Source of the DNA: an uncultured virus (IMG/VR IMGVR_UViG_3300021401_000002)
Lineage: Duplodnaviria; Heunggongvirae; Uroviricota; Caudoviricetes
Strand: one strand, 5' to 3'
Virus record (IMG/VR): IMGVR_UViG_3300021401_000002
DNA: 64,000 nt
The notes beneath the pieces were generated by a model, which was not told where the DNA came from, did no database searches, and saw only the letters and a program-made list of their open reading frames with translations. The position numbers and the translations under genes were made by a program. Shown piece after piece: positions 1 through 8,634 of the stretch (within the stretch, counting starts at the first letter, position 1; each line of letters opens with the position of its first letter).

Positions 1-786
1 GGCCTGATGGCCTGGTGGAATTGCGCCGCCGAGCGCTGTCACCGTCAGCGATCGATCGCCTTGATTGGCAGCGACGGAAAGCGTCGCAGACTGGCCATTG
101 GAAAACCAAAGAACCGAACCAGACGGAATGCCAGCAATGAGTGGCTCGACGAAAATTGTCGTAGCAAGCAGCGCTGCGTTCGTATTGCATACGACTTGAA
201 GCTTTCCATCGTTGATGGCAATGAGCCTGTTCGTTGCGTCCGAACCCCCCGCAGCATCATAAAAGATAATCGCCCAAGCTTGCTGTCCTGCATATCCTTG
301 CGATACCGCACTCCAGGTCCAATTCGTTGCCGAGAGCACGCCTCCAACGTCCGTAGTGCCTGCGAGCGGTTCGGCATCGGTGCCAACGCGACCGTTACCT
401 TGAATGATGTCTGCGACGAATGACGCTTGCGTGAGGTTGACCGCCCATCCACCCGATGTGTAGGCACCTGAGCCCGCAACGCTGATGCCTGCACCCTCGA
501 GTGTGAGCATCTGGTACGTGTTCGTGGTAACTGCCGCGACTCGTCCAAGTTGGTTCGTCGAGAGATTTCCGAGAATGCCTCCGTTGAGGACGATGTCGCC
601 GTTCGAAAATCCGTGCGCTGCTGACGTATAGACCGCGGGATTCGCGTTCGTGACGTTCGTGATCTCGCGCGTCCATGTCGCAACTTGCGTCGGATCGAAC
701 AGCGCCGCGCCTTGGTTGTCTGCGACCCAGCCGATGAGCTTTTCGCCGAAACCGTGGCGGCCTTTGTCGAACATGCGTCCTGACAT
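1..786 (-). CDS. Virion structural protein with E1-FCCH-like beta-barrel (3'-truncated by window)
   Basis: Not in the ORF track. Hand translation from ATG 786 (SD AAGGAG) gives MSGRMFDKGRHGF...ITNVTNANPAVYTSAAHGFSNGDIV...GAYTSGG, open to the window edge. Confidence 0.7.
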   Translation of the reverse strand, partial: MSGRMFDKGRHGFGEKLIGWVADNQGAALFDPTQVATWTREITNVTNANPAVYTSAAHGFSNGDIVLNGGILGNLSTNQLGRVAAVTTNTYQMLTLEGAGISVAGSGAYTSGGWAVNLTQASFVADIIQGNGRVGTDAEPLAGTTDVGGVLSATNWTWSAVSQGYAGQQAWAIIFYDAAGGSDATNRLIAINDGKLQVVCNTNAALLATTIFVEPLIAGIPSGSVLWFSNGQSATLSVAANQGDRSLTVTALGGAIPPGHQA

Positions 787-911
787 GAGAGACTCTCCTT
801 TGCACCCACAAAACCGAGGTGAAAGAGAGCCGCCTAACTCAGCTCACGTTCGAGGTCAGTCTACAAGAACGCACAGATTTACGCAAAGAAGCCGAAGAAA
901 TCAGAGATGCG

Positions 912-1232
912 CTAGCGATTCAAGACATGCAGGCCAATGACGACCCACGCAGCCGCAATACCGAGCACGTAGCCAACGAAGTCGGTCATGTTGTCTTTGA
1001 ACGTCTGTTTCGGTAACTCGAAATTCGCATCGTAGAGAAACTCTTTTGCGGCAGCTAGAGCGATACCTGCAACGCTGACGATATCAAGAGCTCTGTAATT
1101 GGAATTCGAGAGATACGCAGTCGTGAGCACGATGCCGAATGCCCACGCGAAGTGACCCATGTTTGCAAGGAACTGAACTTCGTTCATGAAGTTCGAGTGC
1201 GCTGTAAGCCAAGCACTGATCTTCGTCCACAT
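912..1232 (-). CDS. Small multi-TM membrane protein (possible holin)
   Basis: 106 aa, about 3 hydrophobic segments. Confidence 0.55.
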   Translation of the reverse strand: MWTKISAWLTAHSNFMNEVQFLANMGHFAWAFGIVLTTAYLSNSNYRALDIVSVAGIALAAAKEFLYDANFELPKQTFKDNMTDFVGYVLGIAAAWVVIGLHVLNR

Positions 1233-1234
1233 GG

Positions 1235-1444
1235 CTACGCCAATCGCCTTTTGGTGGAGTGCTCAGCGCGCATACGAGACGACGTTTTTGGACCAAGCGA
1301 GCTTTGGCTCACGGCGTTCGCTGCCGCTTCGCACCCGATTCCCATGAAGTCATAGAGCGCGTCGTCGCATGGACCGCAAAGACCGAAAGCTTCTGGGTGC
1401 GCTGGACGCTTTTGGCAGCGATTGCACATTTCAACATCGGTCAT
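1235..1444 (-). CDS. Small Cys-motif hypothetical protein
   Basis: CxxC...CxxC, tight gene packing. Confidence 0.45.
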   Translation of the reverse strand: MTDVEMCNRCQKRPAHPEAFGLCGPCDDALYDFMGIGCEAAANAVSQSSLGPKTSSRMRAEHSTKRRLA

Positions 1445-1448
1445 GCAA

Positions 1449-1916
1449 TTACCCTATGTGAAATATGTAGTGCCCGACAATCAAAGTAACGACACCTACG
1501 ACGACTGCAATCGCACTACCCACAAACGTCTTCTTCCAGAAGTTGTATTTGTGCTTGAACTCGCGAAGGTTACGGGTCTTCGTATCCTCGACTTCATCTT
1601 GAATCTCTTCGACCTTGGCCTCGATGCGTCGCTCTGATTTGCGCACCTTGACGCCGAGCTGCTTGAAGGCTTCGCGCGTCTCGCCCATGAACGCACGTGT
1701 TTCTTGCATGAAGGCGCTGGTGTTCGTCTGAAACGTCGCTTGCGCGCTCCTAGTTGCTGCAAGCTCTCTCATCATTCCGCCTACGGCGTACTCGCAGTTC
1801 AGAGCCGAATTTGCTGCAATGCGCGCGTACTCCTCAGCGCTCTTGCCCGTTGGAACATCCAAGCGATCACCGTTGCCGTAGTCGTCAGGATGGCTACGCG
1901 GGGGCATCGTAGTCAC
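1449..1916 (-). CDS. Coiled-coil protein with C-terminal TM helix
   Basis: Heptad-like middle, hydrophobic C-terminus. Confidence 0.6.
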   Translation of the reverse strand: MTTMPPRSHPDDYGNGDRLDVPTGKSAEEYARIAANSALNCEYAVGGMMRELAATRSAQATFQTNTSAFMQETRAFMGETREAFKQLGVKVRKSERRIEAKVEEIQDEVEDTKTRNLREFKHKYNFWKKTFVGSAIAVVVGVVTLIVGHYIFHIG

Positions 1917-2098
1917 ATCCCTTCTCCGTCATGCTCCGGAGGCGCGGGCTCGGAGTCCATCGCGAAATCGTCGAACGTGCGCCCGATGAGCGAATCGTTC
2001 TCGGCGTCGAGCCCCTTGTGCACGTCGAGTTCGCCTCTTGTGGCGAAAGCTTCGCCGCACTCGCAGACGAAGGGGTAATCGGTCGTTGAAGAGGTCAT
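1913..2098 (-). CDS. Small C2H2-like zinc-finger protein
   Basis: YPFVCECGEAFATRGELDVH; start/stop overlaps with neighbours. Confidence 0.5.
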   Translation of the reverse strand: MTSSTTDYPFVCECGEAFATRGELDVHKGLDAENDSLIGRTFDDFAMDSEPAPPEHDGEGM

Positions 2099-2553
2099 CG
2101 TTCGTTGTTCGCCAGATGGCGATGCTCCTCCAAGAATTGTACAGCCTCGTTTGCGGAACTGAAAGTTTTGCAAGCGATGCGCATTGCGGCGGCCTCGGTG
2201 CGCCACTTGATTTGACTCGCACGCTCTTTCTCGGAGAGATCGCGCTTCATCTCCAATCCAAAGAGACGCCCGTGCGCGGGTGACATCGGTGGCCACACTC
2301 CTAAAATGTCGGGACAGCCCGGTTCGAGCGCTGGAATGAAGGGGATGCCCTGCGAGCCATCGAGAGGCCGGTCGAAGATCCTGATCCGTCCCGACCATGT
2401 TTTGTAGCCGAGACGTTTGAGCTCGCCGCGCACGATGGTGACGAGGTCTTTCTCAAGCGGACCGCGCACCGAAGAGATAGGCATCATATCTTTGGCAAAC
2501 ATCCGGAGCTGCGCGCCCGAAGAGGTAGGCTGCTTCAAGCGTGAGAGAGGCAC
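2095..2553 (-). CDS. VRR-NUC (PD-(D/E)xK) nuclease / resolvase
   Basis: GCPDILG...LFGLEMKR...SQIKW motifs. Confidence 0.8.
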   Translation of the reverse strand: MPLSRLKQPTSSGAQLRMFAKDMMPISSVRGPLEKDLVTIVRGELKRLGYKTWSGRIRIFDRPLDGSQGIPFIPALEPGCPDILGVWPPMSPAHGRLFGLEMKRDLSEKERASQIKWRTEAAAMRIACKTFSSANEAVQFLEEHRHLANNER

Positions 2554-2562
2554 GTTGCCACG

Positions 2563-2742
2563 TCACTTACGGTGCGGCACGGCAAGGATGTACTTCTGCG
2601 CTTTGCCGTACTTCGCGCTCGCCCACATGATGACCGCGCGAGCGTAGGCCATGCTCGATTCAGTACCTGGCACCTCGACACCGCGTTTGGTCGACGTCGT
2701 TTGATTGCGCGGGTTGAAGATGTGAATGTCCCATTTGCTCAT
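2563..2742 (-). CDS. Hypothetical protein
   Basis: MSKWDIHIF..., ATGA overlap region. Confidence 0.45.
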   Translation of the reverse strand: MSKWDIHIFNPRNQTTSTKRGVEVPGTESSMAYARAVIMWASAKYGKAQKYILAVPHRK

Positions 2743-2744
2743 GA

Positions 2745-3152
2745 CTACTCCAAACCTTTGGCTTCCTTCGTACGGAACTGGATCTCGTCGGCAAGCCAGC
2801 TCTGCGTGTTCTTGCGGTCGAGTACCATGTGAAGACCCTCCCAAAATGCTTCGTGCATGTCTCTGTCGGAGACTCCGCTTCGGAAATTCGAAACACCAGC
2901 ACGCCTGAGTGCGTCGCGTGTATCGAGGTCGCGCGAGATGTCGTGGCCCAAGTCGACGAGGATGTTTTTCGCTGCACGCATTGCACCGCTCTTGGAGAGA
3001 GTCTCGAAATGCGCGTCTGGGTCTTTGACTGCAGCGTAGACCTGCTCAGCGACGAAGTTCGAAAAGTAGTCACCTTCGATTTGGTTGAGCGCGTACTGCT
3101 CTCCAGCTTTCTTCGCAGCAGAGAGGATCTTCTTGTCTTCAGCTTTACTCAT
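2745..3152 (-). CDS. Hypothetical protein
   Basis: MSKAEDKKIL..., start overlaps upstream stop. Confidence 0.55.
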   Translation of the reverse strand: MSKAEDKKILSAAKKAGEQYALNQIEGDYFSNFVAEQVYAAVKDPDAHFETLSKSGAMRAAKNILVDLGHDISRDLDTRDALRRAGVSNFRSGVSDRDMHEAFWEGLHMVLDRKNTQSWLADEIQFRTKEAKGLE

Positions 3153-3784
3153 GCGACTACCTTTTTTGACGGCCTCTTTAGAACGTGAATCAGCATTGCG
3201 ATGCCCGCGAGCGCGCCGACGCCGACCATGATGACGCCGACTTTCGAGGACGTCTTTGTCTTTGGATTGAAAAGATCCTTGATGGCCTCTACGGGATTCG
3301 GCAAGGGCGGTAGGAGAGAGGAAAAACCGCCGCCACCGGGGAACTCCTTGTGGGCGTAGTAGGCGAAGTACGTCGCGGCCTTGCCGACCTTCGACGCCGC
3401 GTCCTTCGTCCAGCCCCACGGAGACTGCCCCCATGCGCGAACGATGTCGTCGGCGCTCGCGTCGCGACGAAGGGCATCGAGAATGCCTTTCATGTTGCTT
3501 TGCGAAATCGTGCGCGCAGTAGCTTCGACACCGTCGTCCCATGACGCGAATGCCTTGATGCCCTTGAGCAGTCCTTCTGCTTGTTTTGCAGTAGGGATCA
3601 GTTTCCATCCAAAACTATCTACCGGCCACATCGTGTTCAAAGGATTGAACCAGGCGGTATTATGAAGACCGAGTCCTCCCCCGCCTTCGATGGCTTGCAC
3701 TGCGACAAGACCTTGAAGTCGACTATCCGACTCAGGCAAACCGAGTCGACGAAGGAGCTGATGGGCGAAGTCGAGGGGAGTCAT
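3149..3784 (-). CDS. Membrane-anchored lysozyme-fold/glucosaminidase-like peptidoglycan hydrolase
   Basis: AIEGG...NPLNT...FASWDDGVEATARTI...SPWG pattern, C-terminal TM helix. Confidence 0.6.
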   Translation of the reverse strand: MTPLDFAHQLLRRLGLPESDSRLQGLVAVQAIEGGGGLGLHNTAWFNPLNTMWPVDSFGWKLIPTAKQAEGLLKGIKAFASWDDGVEATARTISQSNMKGILDALRRDASADDIVRAWGQSPWGWTKDAASKVGKAATYFAYYAHKEFPGGGGFSSLLPPLPNPVEAIKDLFNPKTKTSSKVGVIMVGVGALAGIAMLIHVLKRPSKKVVA

Positions 3785-3820
3785 TTCTTGCCTACTCCTA
3801 GTCCCAGAGTCGCCGTCCAT

Positions 3821-4087
3821 TCAGCGCGAAGAGAGCCATCGATCGAATGCTCTTGCCTCTGGGACGACGTACTTGTGGATGTAGAATTGTTCGACCGCTC
3901 CAGGAAGCGTGTAGAGCGAGTACGGATCGGTTTGAGTGTGCATCGTCGTTTTGGGCGCGATCGGTACCTCCACCCACGGCCAATCCCAGCCCACAACAGG
4001 GGCAGCAGGAGCGCGATGTTCATCGAAGCGACGTCCAACTAGCCAGCCAAGACCAAAGCCGCCTGCGGCCCATAGGAGAGGATGCAT
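3821..4087 (-). CDS. Small N-terminal TM protein
   Basis: MHPLLWAAGGFGLGWLVG; frame is open upstream to 4306. Confidence 0.5.
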   Translation of the reverse strand: MHPLLWAAGGFGLGWLVGRRFDEHRAPAAPVVGWDWPWVEVPIAPKTTMHTQTDPYSLYTLPGAVEQFYIHKYVVPEARAFDRWLSSR

Positions 4088-4318
4088 CGGCAAATCTTCG
4101 CACGTTGCGTAACGATGATCCAGATCAAGCAAGACGCCCTGGCATCTGGCACGGACCACGAATCCGTATCGCCAGAGCACCAGGGCACCCCACTGTTTTT
4201 CGTAGGTGGCGCCTCGTTGCCGAGTCGTCGGATAGAAGTATCCATCGACACTCGACCGGGCGCAAGGGCCTCGTGTACCCGAAACCCGAACGTTGGAGGC
4301 AGCCATGCCGTTCCACCG

Positions 4319-4399
4319 ACGAGCGCCTGGAGGTTCGAGTCAGACTCGGGCACGCCGAGTCGACGAAGCAGCTGATGGGCGAAGTCGAGGGGAGTCATT
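4319..4399 (-). repeat. Partial duplicate of the 5' end of the 3149-3784 gene
   Basis: Encodes MTPLDFAHQLLRRLGVPESDSNLQALV versus MTPLDFAHQLLRRLGLPESDSRLQGLV; matches about 3705-3785. Confidence 0.85.
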
Positions 4400-4465
4400 C
4401 GTCAGTCGTGCTCCAAAAGATATCGAACAAGAGAATCCTCGCTCCGTGCGCGATGTGCACAGCGC

Positions 4466-4753
4466 TTACCTCAAGTATCCTTCCAAGTACTTTGAACCGC
4501 CCAAACTGACAATTTCTTTCAGAGTAGCTTCAAGACCACGTCGATTGTAAAAATCTGACGCCTTCACTTGAAGATCCCAGGGAACGGCAACTCTTTGAGG
4601 TCCTACGTCGTTATAGACGCTTGCCAAAATCAAGACGGCACGCTCGTCAACTCCTGGTTCTTCAATGAACGCCAATATGCTGGCATCGACAGGCGTTGTT
4701 TTTCCGGCTTTCAAGTCTTCGAGCTTACGTTTTGTACTCGGTCGCTTTTTCAT
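4466..4753 (-). CDS. Hypothetical protein
   Basis: 95 aa ORF with SD. Confidence 0.55.
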   Translation of the reverse strand: MKKRPSTKRKLEDLKAGKTTPVDASILAFIEEPGVDERAVLILASVYNDVGPQRVAVPWDLQVKASDFYNRRGLEATLKEIVSLGGSKYLEGYLR

Positions 4754-4780
4754 GGTTCCTACCGATTGCCTCTTCTCTCT

Positions 4781-5050
4781 TCAATCGTAGTTGTCGGTCT
4801 CGAGGTTGAACTGATGAAGGTGGTAAATCACCGTCAGGGTTACGAGCTCTTTTTTCGGCATACGCTTGTAGTGTTCCAAGCTCATGCCGCCGATGCCGTT
4901 GACGTCTCTCTTGAGCCGCGCAAGATTCTCAGCGAGGGCTTCTTTCGTCGCCTGCTTGGCGAGACCCTCTACGAACGCACGCTCTTTCTTCGAGGCTGCG
5001 GGGTTTTTGAGCGCGCCTTGGTGCCCGATCATGCTGTGTCTGTAGGCCAT
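4781..5050 (-). CDS. Hypothetical protein
   Basis: 89 aa, GAAGAGGT before ATG. Confidence 0.55.
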   Translation of the reverse strand: MAYRHSMIGHQGALKNPAASKKERAFVEGLAKQATKEALAENLARLKRDVNGIGGMSLEHYKRMPKKELVTLTVIYHLHQFNLETDNYD

Positions 5051-5062
5051 GACCTCTTCCCC

Positions 5063-5308
5063 TTATCCAATCCCCGGTTTCGAAATGCCCGCTCGAACGA
5101 ATTTTCCGCCTTGTTTTTGGTATACGACGCACGTGTCAGTCGCTTTGGGATTCTTCGCCTTGAAGAGTTCGATGCGCGACGGGTACCATTCACCGCCGTA
5201 GAGGATAGCGGACTTGTAAGTTCCAGCAGCTACCTGCGGCAAATGCGCTACGCGAAGCCAACTCATCTCGGTTGCTGTGTTGATAAAAAACTGTTCGCCG
5301 CGCGCCAT
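5063..5308 (-). CDS. Hypothetical protein
   Basis: 81 aa, SD GGAG. Confidence 0.55.
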   Translation of the reverse strand: MARGEQFFINTATEMSWLRVAHLPQVAAGTYKSAILYGGEWYPSRIELFKAKNPKATDTCVVYQKQGGKFVRAGISKPGIG

Positions 5309-5317
5309 GTTCTTCTC

Positions 5318-5548
5318 CTAATCCCAGAGTATGAGCGATCCGTCGATGACGGTACGCGGTGCTAGATAGACACCGCTCAAATTGTAGCCTTTCGACACGA
5401 GTAGCTCGTGCACGTGTTTGGCTATCTGGAGGCGCTCGGATTCCGTCACGGTGCTCCAGTCGGGACCGTCGCACCACACCTGCGAAATGCCGTCTTGGTC
5501 CTTGCGCACTTCGACAGTGAACTCCCTATTCACTTTGACCGCGCTCAC
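5318..5548 (-). CDS. Hypothetical protein
   Basis: 76 aa, packed gene run. Confidence 0.5.
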   Translation of the reverse strand: MSAVKVNREFTVEVRKDQDGISQVWCDGPDWSTVTESERLQIAKHVHELLVSKGYNLSGVYLAPRTVIDGSLILWD

Positions 5549-5705
5549 GATCGTTTTGCTTTCTTTGGTTTGACAATGCGCTCAGCTGCTTTCCGAACCT
5601 TGGGACTGTGCTTACGTTTCGCCAGCGGAGACGCTGTGTCTATCAATACATTGAGCTGAGTCGGTGTGATTTCCCATGCGAGGGCGGGAGGTACCCATGC
5701 GTCGC

Positions 5706-5909
5706 TCATGACCTTTTCACTCCTCGCAGCATCTCCCTCATGGGCTTCGACGCTTGGAGAACCTCGATGGCTGCTTCGTAGTCGCCATCGTATTCCAAGC
5801 GAAGTGCCGAAGGCGGAAGGATGTAGCAGTTGTGCTCAACTGGCTTGCCGTCGCTCATGCGATGAGTTTTGTTGCAATACGTCGACGCGTAGTATTTGGG
5901 ATAGCTCAT
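5706..5909 (-). CDS. Hypothetical protein
   Basis: 67 aa, GAAGAGGT before ATG. Confidence 0.5.
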   Translation of the reverse strand: MSYPKYYASTYCNKTHRMSDGKPVEHNCYILPPSALRLEYDGDYEAAIEVLQASKPMREMLRGVKRS

Positions 5910-5918
5910 GACCTCTTC

Positions 5919-6416
5919 TTACCTCTTCCCCTCGATAAAGACGTAGACGTTGCCGTTCCCTCGCGCGTTGCCGCCACCCTCGAGCTTACCCTTCCAGCCG
6001 AGCTTCTTGAGGAGCGCAATCGCGGCCATGTCGTGGTTGTTGTCGGTGTTCAAGGCGTGGTCCCACGGGATCGTGATCGAGCCCGCTTGCGCGCTCGCCT
6101 TGATGCGCCCGCCGCGGTGGTTGGTTGGGCCGAGATACTTCGTTTCGATGGCTTGCCTGTGTCCCATAAAGAGGTCCTCTCCTAATTGCGGCGCGCAGAA
6201 CGCGCATCCAATCGAGCTTTTTTCTTTAGCCTCGGTCAACGCTCTAAAGGAGCCAAGCAACTTGGCTTTTGTAACGCCGTGCGGGCTTGTAGAAATTCGA
6301 GCCAAATCAAACGGTCTTCCACGTGATCGGAATAGATGTTCGTCGATCACGTAGCCATTCGGTTCCATCGAATGGTAACTCGTTCCATGTCGTCCAACGA
6401 ACTTCGTCCATTTCAT
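5919..6416 (-). CDS. Phage early-type hypothetical protein
   Basis: IETKYLGPTNHRGGRIKA segment; possible internal start at 6167. Confidence 0.55.
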   Translation of the reverse strand: MKWTKFVGRHGTSYHSMEPNGYVIDEHLFRSRGRPFDLARISTSPHGVTKAKLLGSFRALTEAKEKSSIGCAFCAPQLGEDLFMGHRQAIETKYLGPTNHRGGRIKASAQAGSITIPWDHALNTDNNHDMAAIALLKKLGWKGKLEGGGNARGNGNVYVFIEGKR

Positions 6417-6467
6417 ATTTCTCTCCTAGACGTCGTAGACTTGACCATAGCGCTGATGCGGTTTCAC

Positions 6468-6707
6468 TCACTCTTCGTCGCTGACAATGCGGTTATTCGA
6501 GTACACCGACCACGACCATCCACGTTTGGTGCCGTCAGCACGATAGTGTGTATTGGTACGCGTCAACCACGCCTTCTTGCCATTGGGAAGTGGCACCTCA
6601 GCCTCGTACCCGATGCGTGGCAGCGGGTGCCCGGAGGCGCGAGCAAGGCGTCCGGCGTCGGCGTCGGAAATCGCAAAGTGGTTGTGTGAGAGGTGCGTGA
6701 GCTTCAT
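6468..6707 (-). CDS. Hypothetical protein
   Basis: 79 aa, start overlaps upstream stop. Confidence 0.5.
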   Translation of the reverse strand: MKLTHLSHNHFAISDADAGRLARASGHPLPRIGYEAEVPLPNGKKAWLTRTNTHYRADGTKRGWSWSVYSNNRIVSDEE

Positions 6708-6919
6708 CGGACCTCTTCAGTGGTGAAAAATGGAGCATCGTGAACCGACAAACCTTCGCGCTTCCATTTGCGCACCGCTTCACGATTGAGGAGAGCAGCT
6801 TTTCGCCATGCGGTTTCCCATTTGTGAGGTCCAGATACGTGGACGTGTCTGACCGTACCCGGTTTTGCCGCAGTGCCAGTATGTTGGCGCTCGATGACGT
6901 TGTACTTGTTGGCACTCAT
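6704..6919 (-). CDS. Hypothetical protein
   Basis: 71 aa, SD GGAG. Confidence 0.5.
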   Translation of the reverse strand: MSANKYNVIERQHTGTAAKPGTVRHVHVSGPHKWETAWRKAALLNREAVRKWKREGLSVHDAPFFTTEEVR

Positions 6920-6929
6920 ACTCTTCTCC

Positions 6930-7163
6930 CTAGTCCAGCTTGCTCAGCGCTTGATGATCTCGCTCGGCGGATTTCTTCGCGAGTGTGAGCGACAAGTACA
7001 CACCCATCTGCTGTTCATCACCTCGCATAACTGAATCGTTCTCAAGGGACAGTGTCACGATGAAGCGGCTTCGACGTTGTTCGATGGTGTACATGCCCTC
7101 GCGCGCGTGCGCGAAATGCAAGTACCCATCTTGCTTCCACTTGAGAGGAGCCACTTTCATCAT
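6930..7163 (-). CDS. Hypothetical protein
   Basis: 77 aa, packed run. Confidence 0.5.
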   Translation of the reverse strand: MMKVAPLKWKQDGYLHFAHAREGMYTIEQRRSRFIVTLSLENDSVMRGDEQQMGVYLSLTLAKKSAERDHQALSKLD

Positions 7164-7459
7164 AGCTTGATGGTTCCGTCGTTGAGACCGTTGCAGTAGC
7201 GCTCGGCGTCAGCTTTGCGTTTGTAGGTCTTGAGTACGTTCTCGATCTTGTATGGGTGCTGGAGCGTATCGAGCGTACGCACCACGAACGAGTCGCCGCC
7301 CGAGTAGAGAAAGACGCCGTATCCGAGCTTCGACGGAGAGGGCTTCGCATTCATGTTCTTCGGGCAGCCAGCATAGTGCTCGTCTGGAAAACCATAGATG
7401 CGACGGTAGATGCCTCCGCCGCACACCGAGCACTTGGTCTTGTCGCCCCGGAGCGTCAT
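7160..7459 (-). CDS. Hypothetical protein with Zn-ribbon-like N-terminus
   Basis: MTLRGDKTKCSVCGGG...HYAGC. Confidence 0.45.
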   Translation of the reverse strand: MTLRGDKTKCSVCGGGIYRRIYGFPDEHYAGCPKNMNAKPSPSKLGYGVFLYSGGDSFVVRTLDTLQHPYKIENVLKTYKRKADAERYCNGLNDGTIKL

Positions 7460-7463
7460 GTTC

Positions 7464-8405
7464 CTATGCCTTCGCGGCTCCGTTGACTTGAGCAGGCGCT
7501 GCTTGATGTGGAGCTTGCTGCGCAGGCGGCGGTTGCTCGAACTGCATACTCGTCGGCATCGGCGCCTGCTGCGTGGGGGCCACTTCTTGTTGCTGCATCG
7601 GCATCGGTTGCTGTTGCGGAACTGGATACGCGTACTGCGGCTGCTGCGGCGCATACTGCGGCGGCATCTGCTGTTGCGGGTACGGATACGCAGCTTGCTG
7701 CTGGGGATGCGGATACGGATATGGAGCTTGCGGCTGCTGCTGAAGAACAGGTTGTTGCTGCGGAACCATCGGCATCGGCGCCGCGCGTAGAAGCGCCTCG
7801 GCCGCTTGACGCGGATCGCGGTAGTCGACAGCTCCTAGGGGCATCGGAGGCGGCACGCCTGGAGGCGGAGGAGCGAAGCCTTGCTGCGGTTGAAACGGTC
7901 CTTGCGCTTGCGCCGTCGTCGCCGCCGACTGTGAATACTGACCGCCAGGAATGGGCGGAGGGGGCGGCATCGGAGCATTGAACATCGATGCAGCCGGATT
8001 CGAGAGCGCTGGCATTTGACCCGAAGCCCAGCGCTTGAAGTTTCCTTGGAGAGCGAGCTCCGAGCGAAGAAGTGCATCAAGGAGACTTCGATGCGCTCGC
8101 ATCTCTTGGCGCATGACTTCGTTGGCCCGCAACATCGGATCGTGCGAAGAGGTCATGCCGCGGTTGGCAAGCTCAATGCTCATGTTCTGCGTTTCCATCT
8201 CGAGCGTGCCTGCCCCTTCGTCGAATTTCATCGTGCGCTCGCGCGCGATCATGTAATTCGACTCGGACTGACGAATCAACGCCTCAAGGCACTCGGGCGA
8301 GTAGAGCGGCTGCGCTTGCTGTGTCGCAGCATGCTGAGCACCTGCGAAAAGCGGAGTCTGGAAGCCAGGAGCGGGCATGGCAGCGGGTGGACGATTTCGA
8401 TTCAC
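7464..8405 (-). CDS. Pro/Gln-rich protein with coiled-coil core
   Basis: 313 aa, long PQ/YP low-complexity tail. Confidence 0.65.
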   Translation of the reverse strand: MNRNRPPAAMPAPGFQTPLFAGAQHAATQQAQPLYSPECLEALIRQSESNYMIARERTMKFDEGAGTLEMETQNMSIELANRGMTSSHDPMLRANEVMRQEMRAHRSLLDALLRSELALQGNFKRWASGQMPALSNPAASMFNAPMPPPPPIPGGQYSQSAATTAQAQGPFQPQQGFAPPPPGVPPPMPLGAVDYRDPRQAAEALLRAAPMPMVPQQQPVLQQQPQAPYPYPHPQQQAAYPYPQQQMPPQYAPQQPQYAYPVPQQQPMPMQQQEVAPTQQAPMPTSMQFEQPPPAQQAPHQAAPAQVNGAAKA

Positions 8406-8634
8406 GATTTTCCTTCCCTTCGGTCAGTCGATCGCGTCGTTCGTTCGATTCTTGCGGCTATGCCGTTTCGATTTGATCTCGGATTCATTGGGGTGCCGCA
8501 ATCATACCGGCTTCGGGGGTTTCTGCGAAGACTTCTTCGACCTCTTCTTCACGTCATCAAGGGTCCACACTGCAAGCGAACCGAGCGTGGCCAGTAGAAC
8601 AACAACTGCTATGAAAATTAGCCCCATCACCCCA

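Noticed and set aside
45..811. ORF-track frames at the left edge
   Set aside because: Shadow ORFs; the real gene is the unlisted minus frame from ATG 786 running off the window
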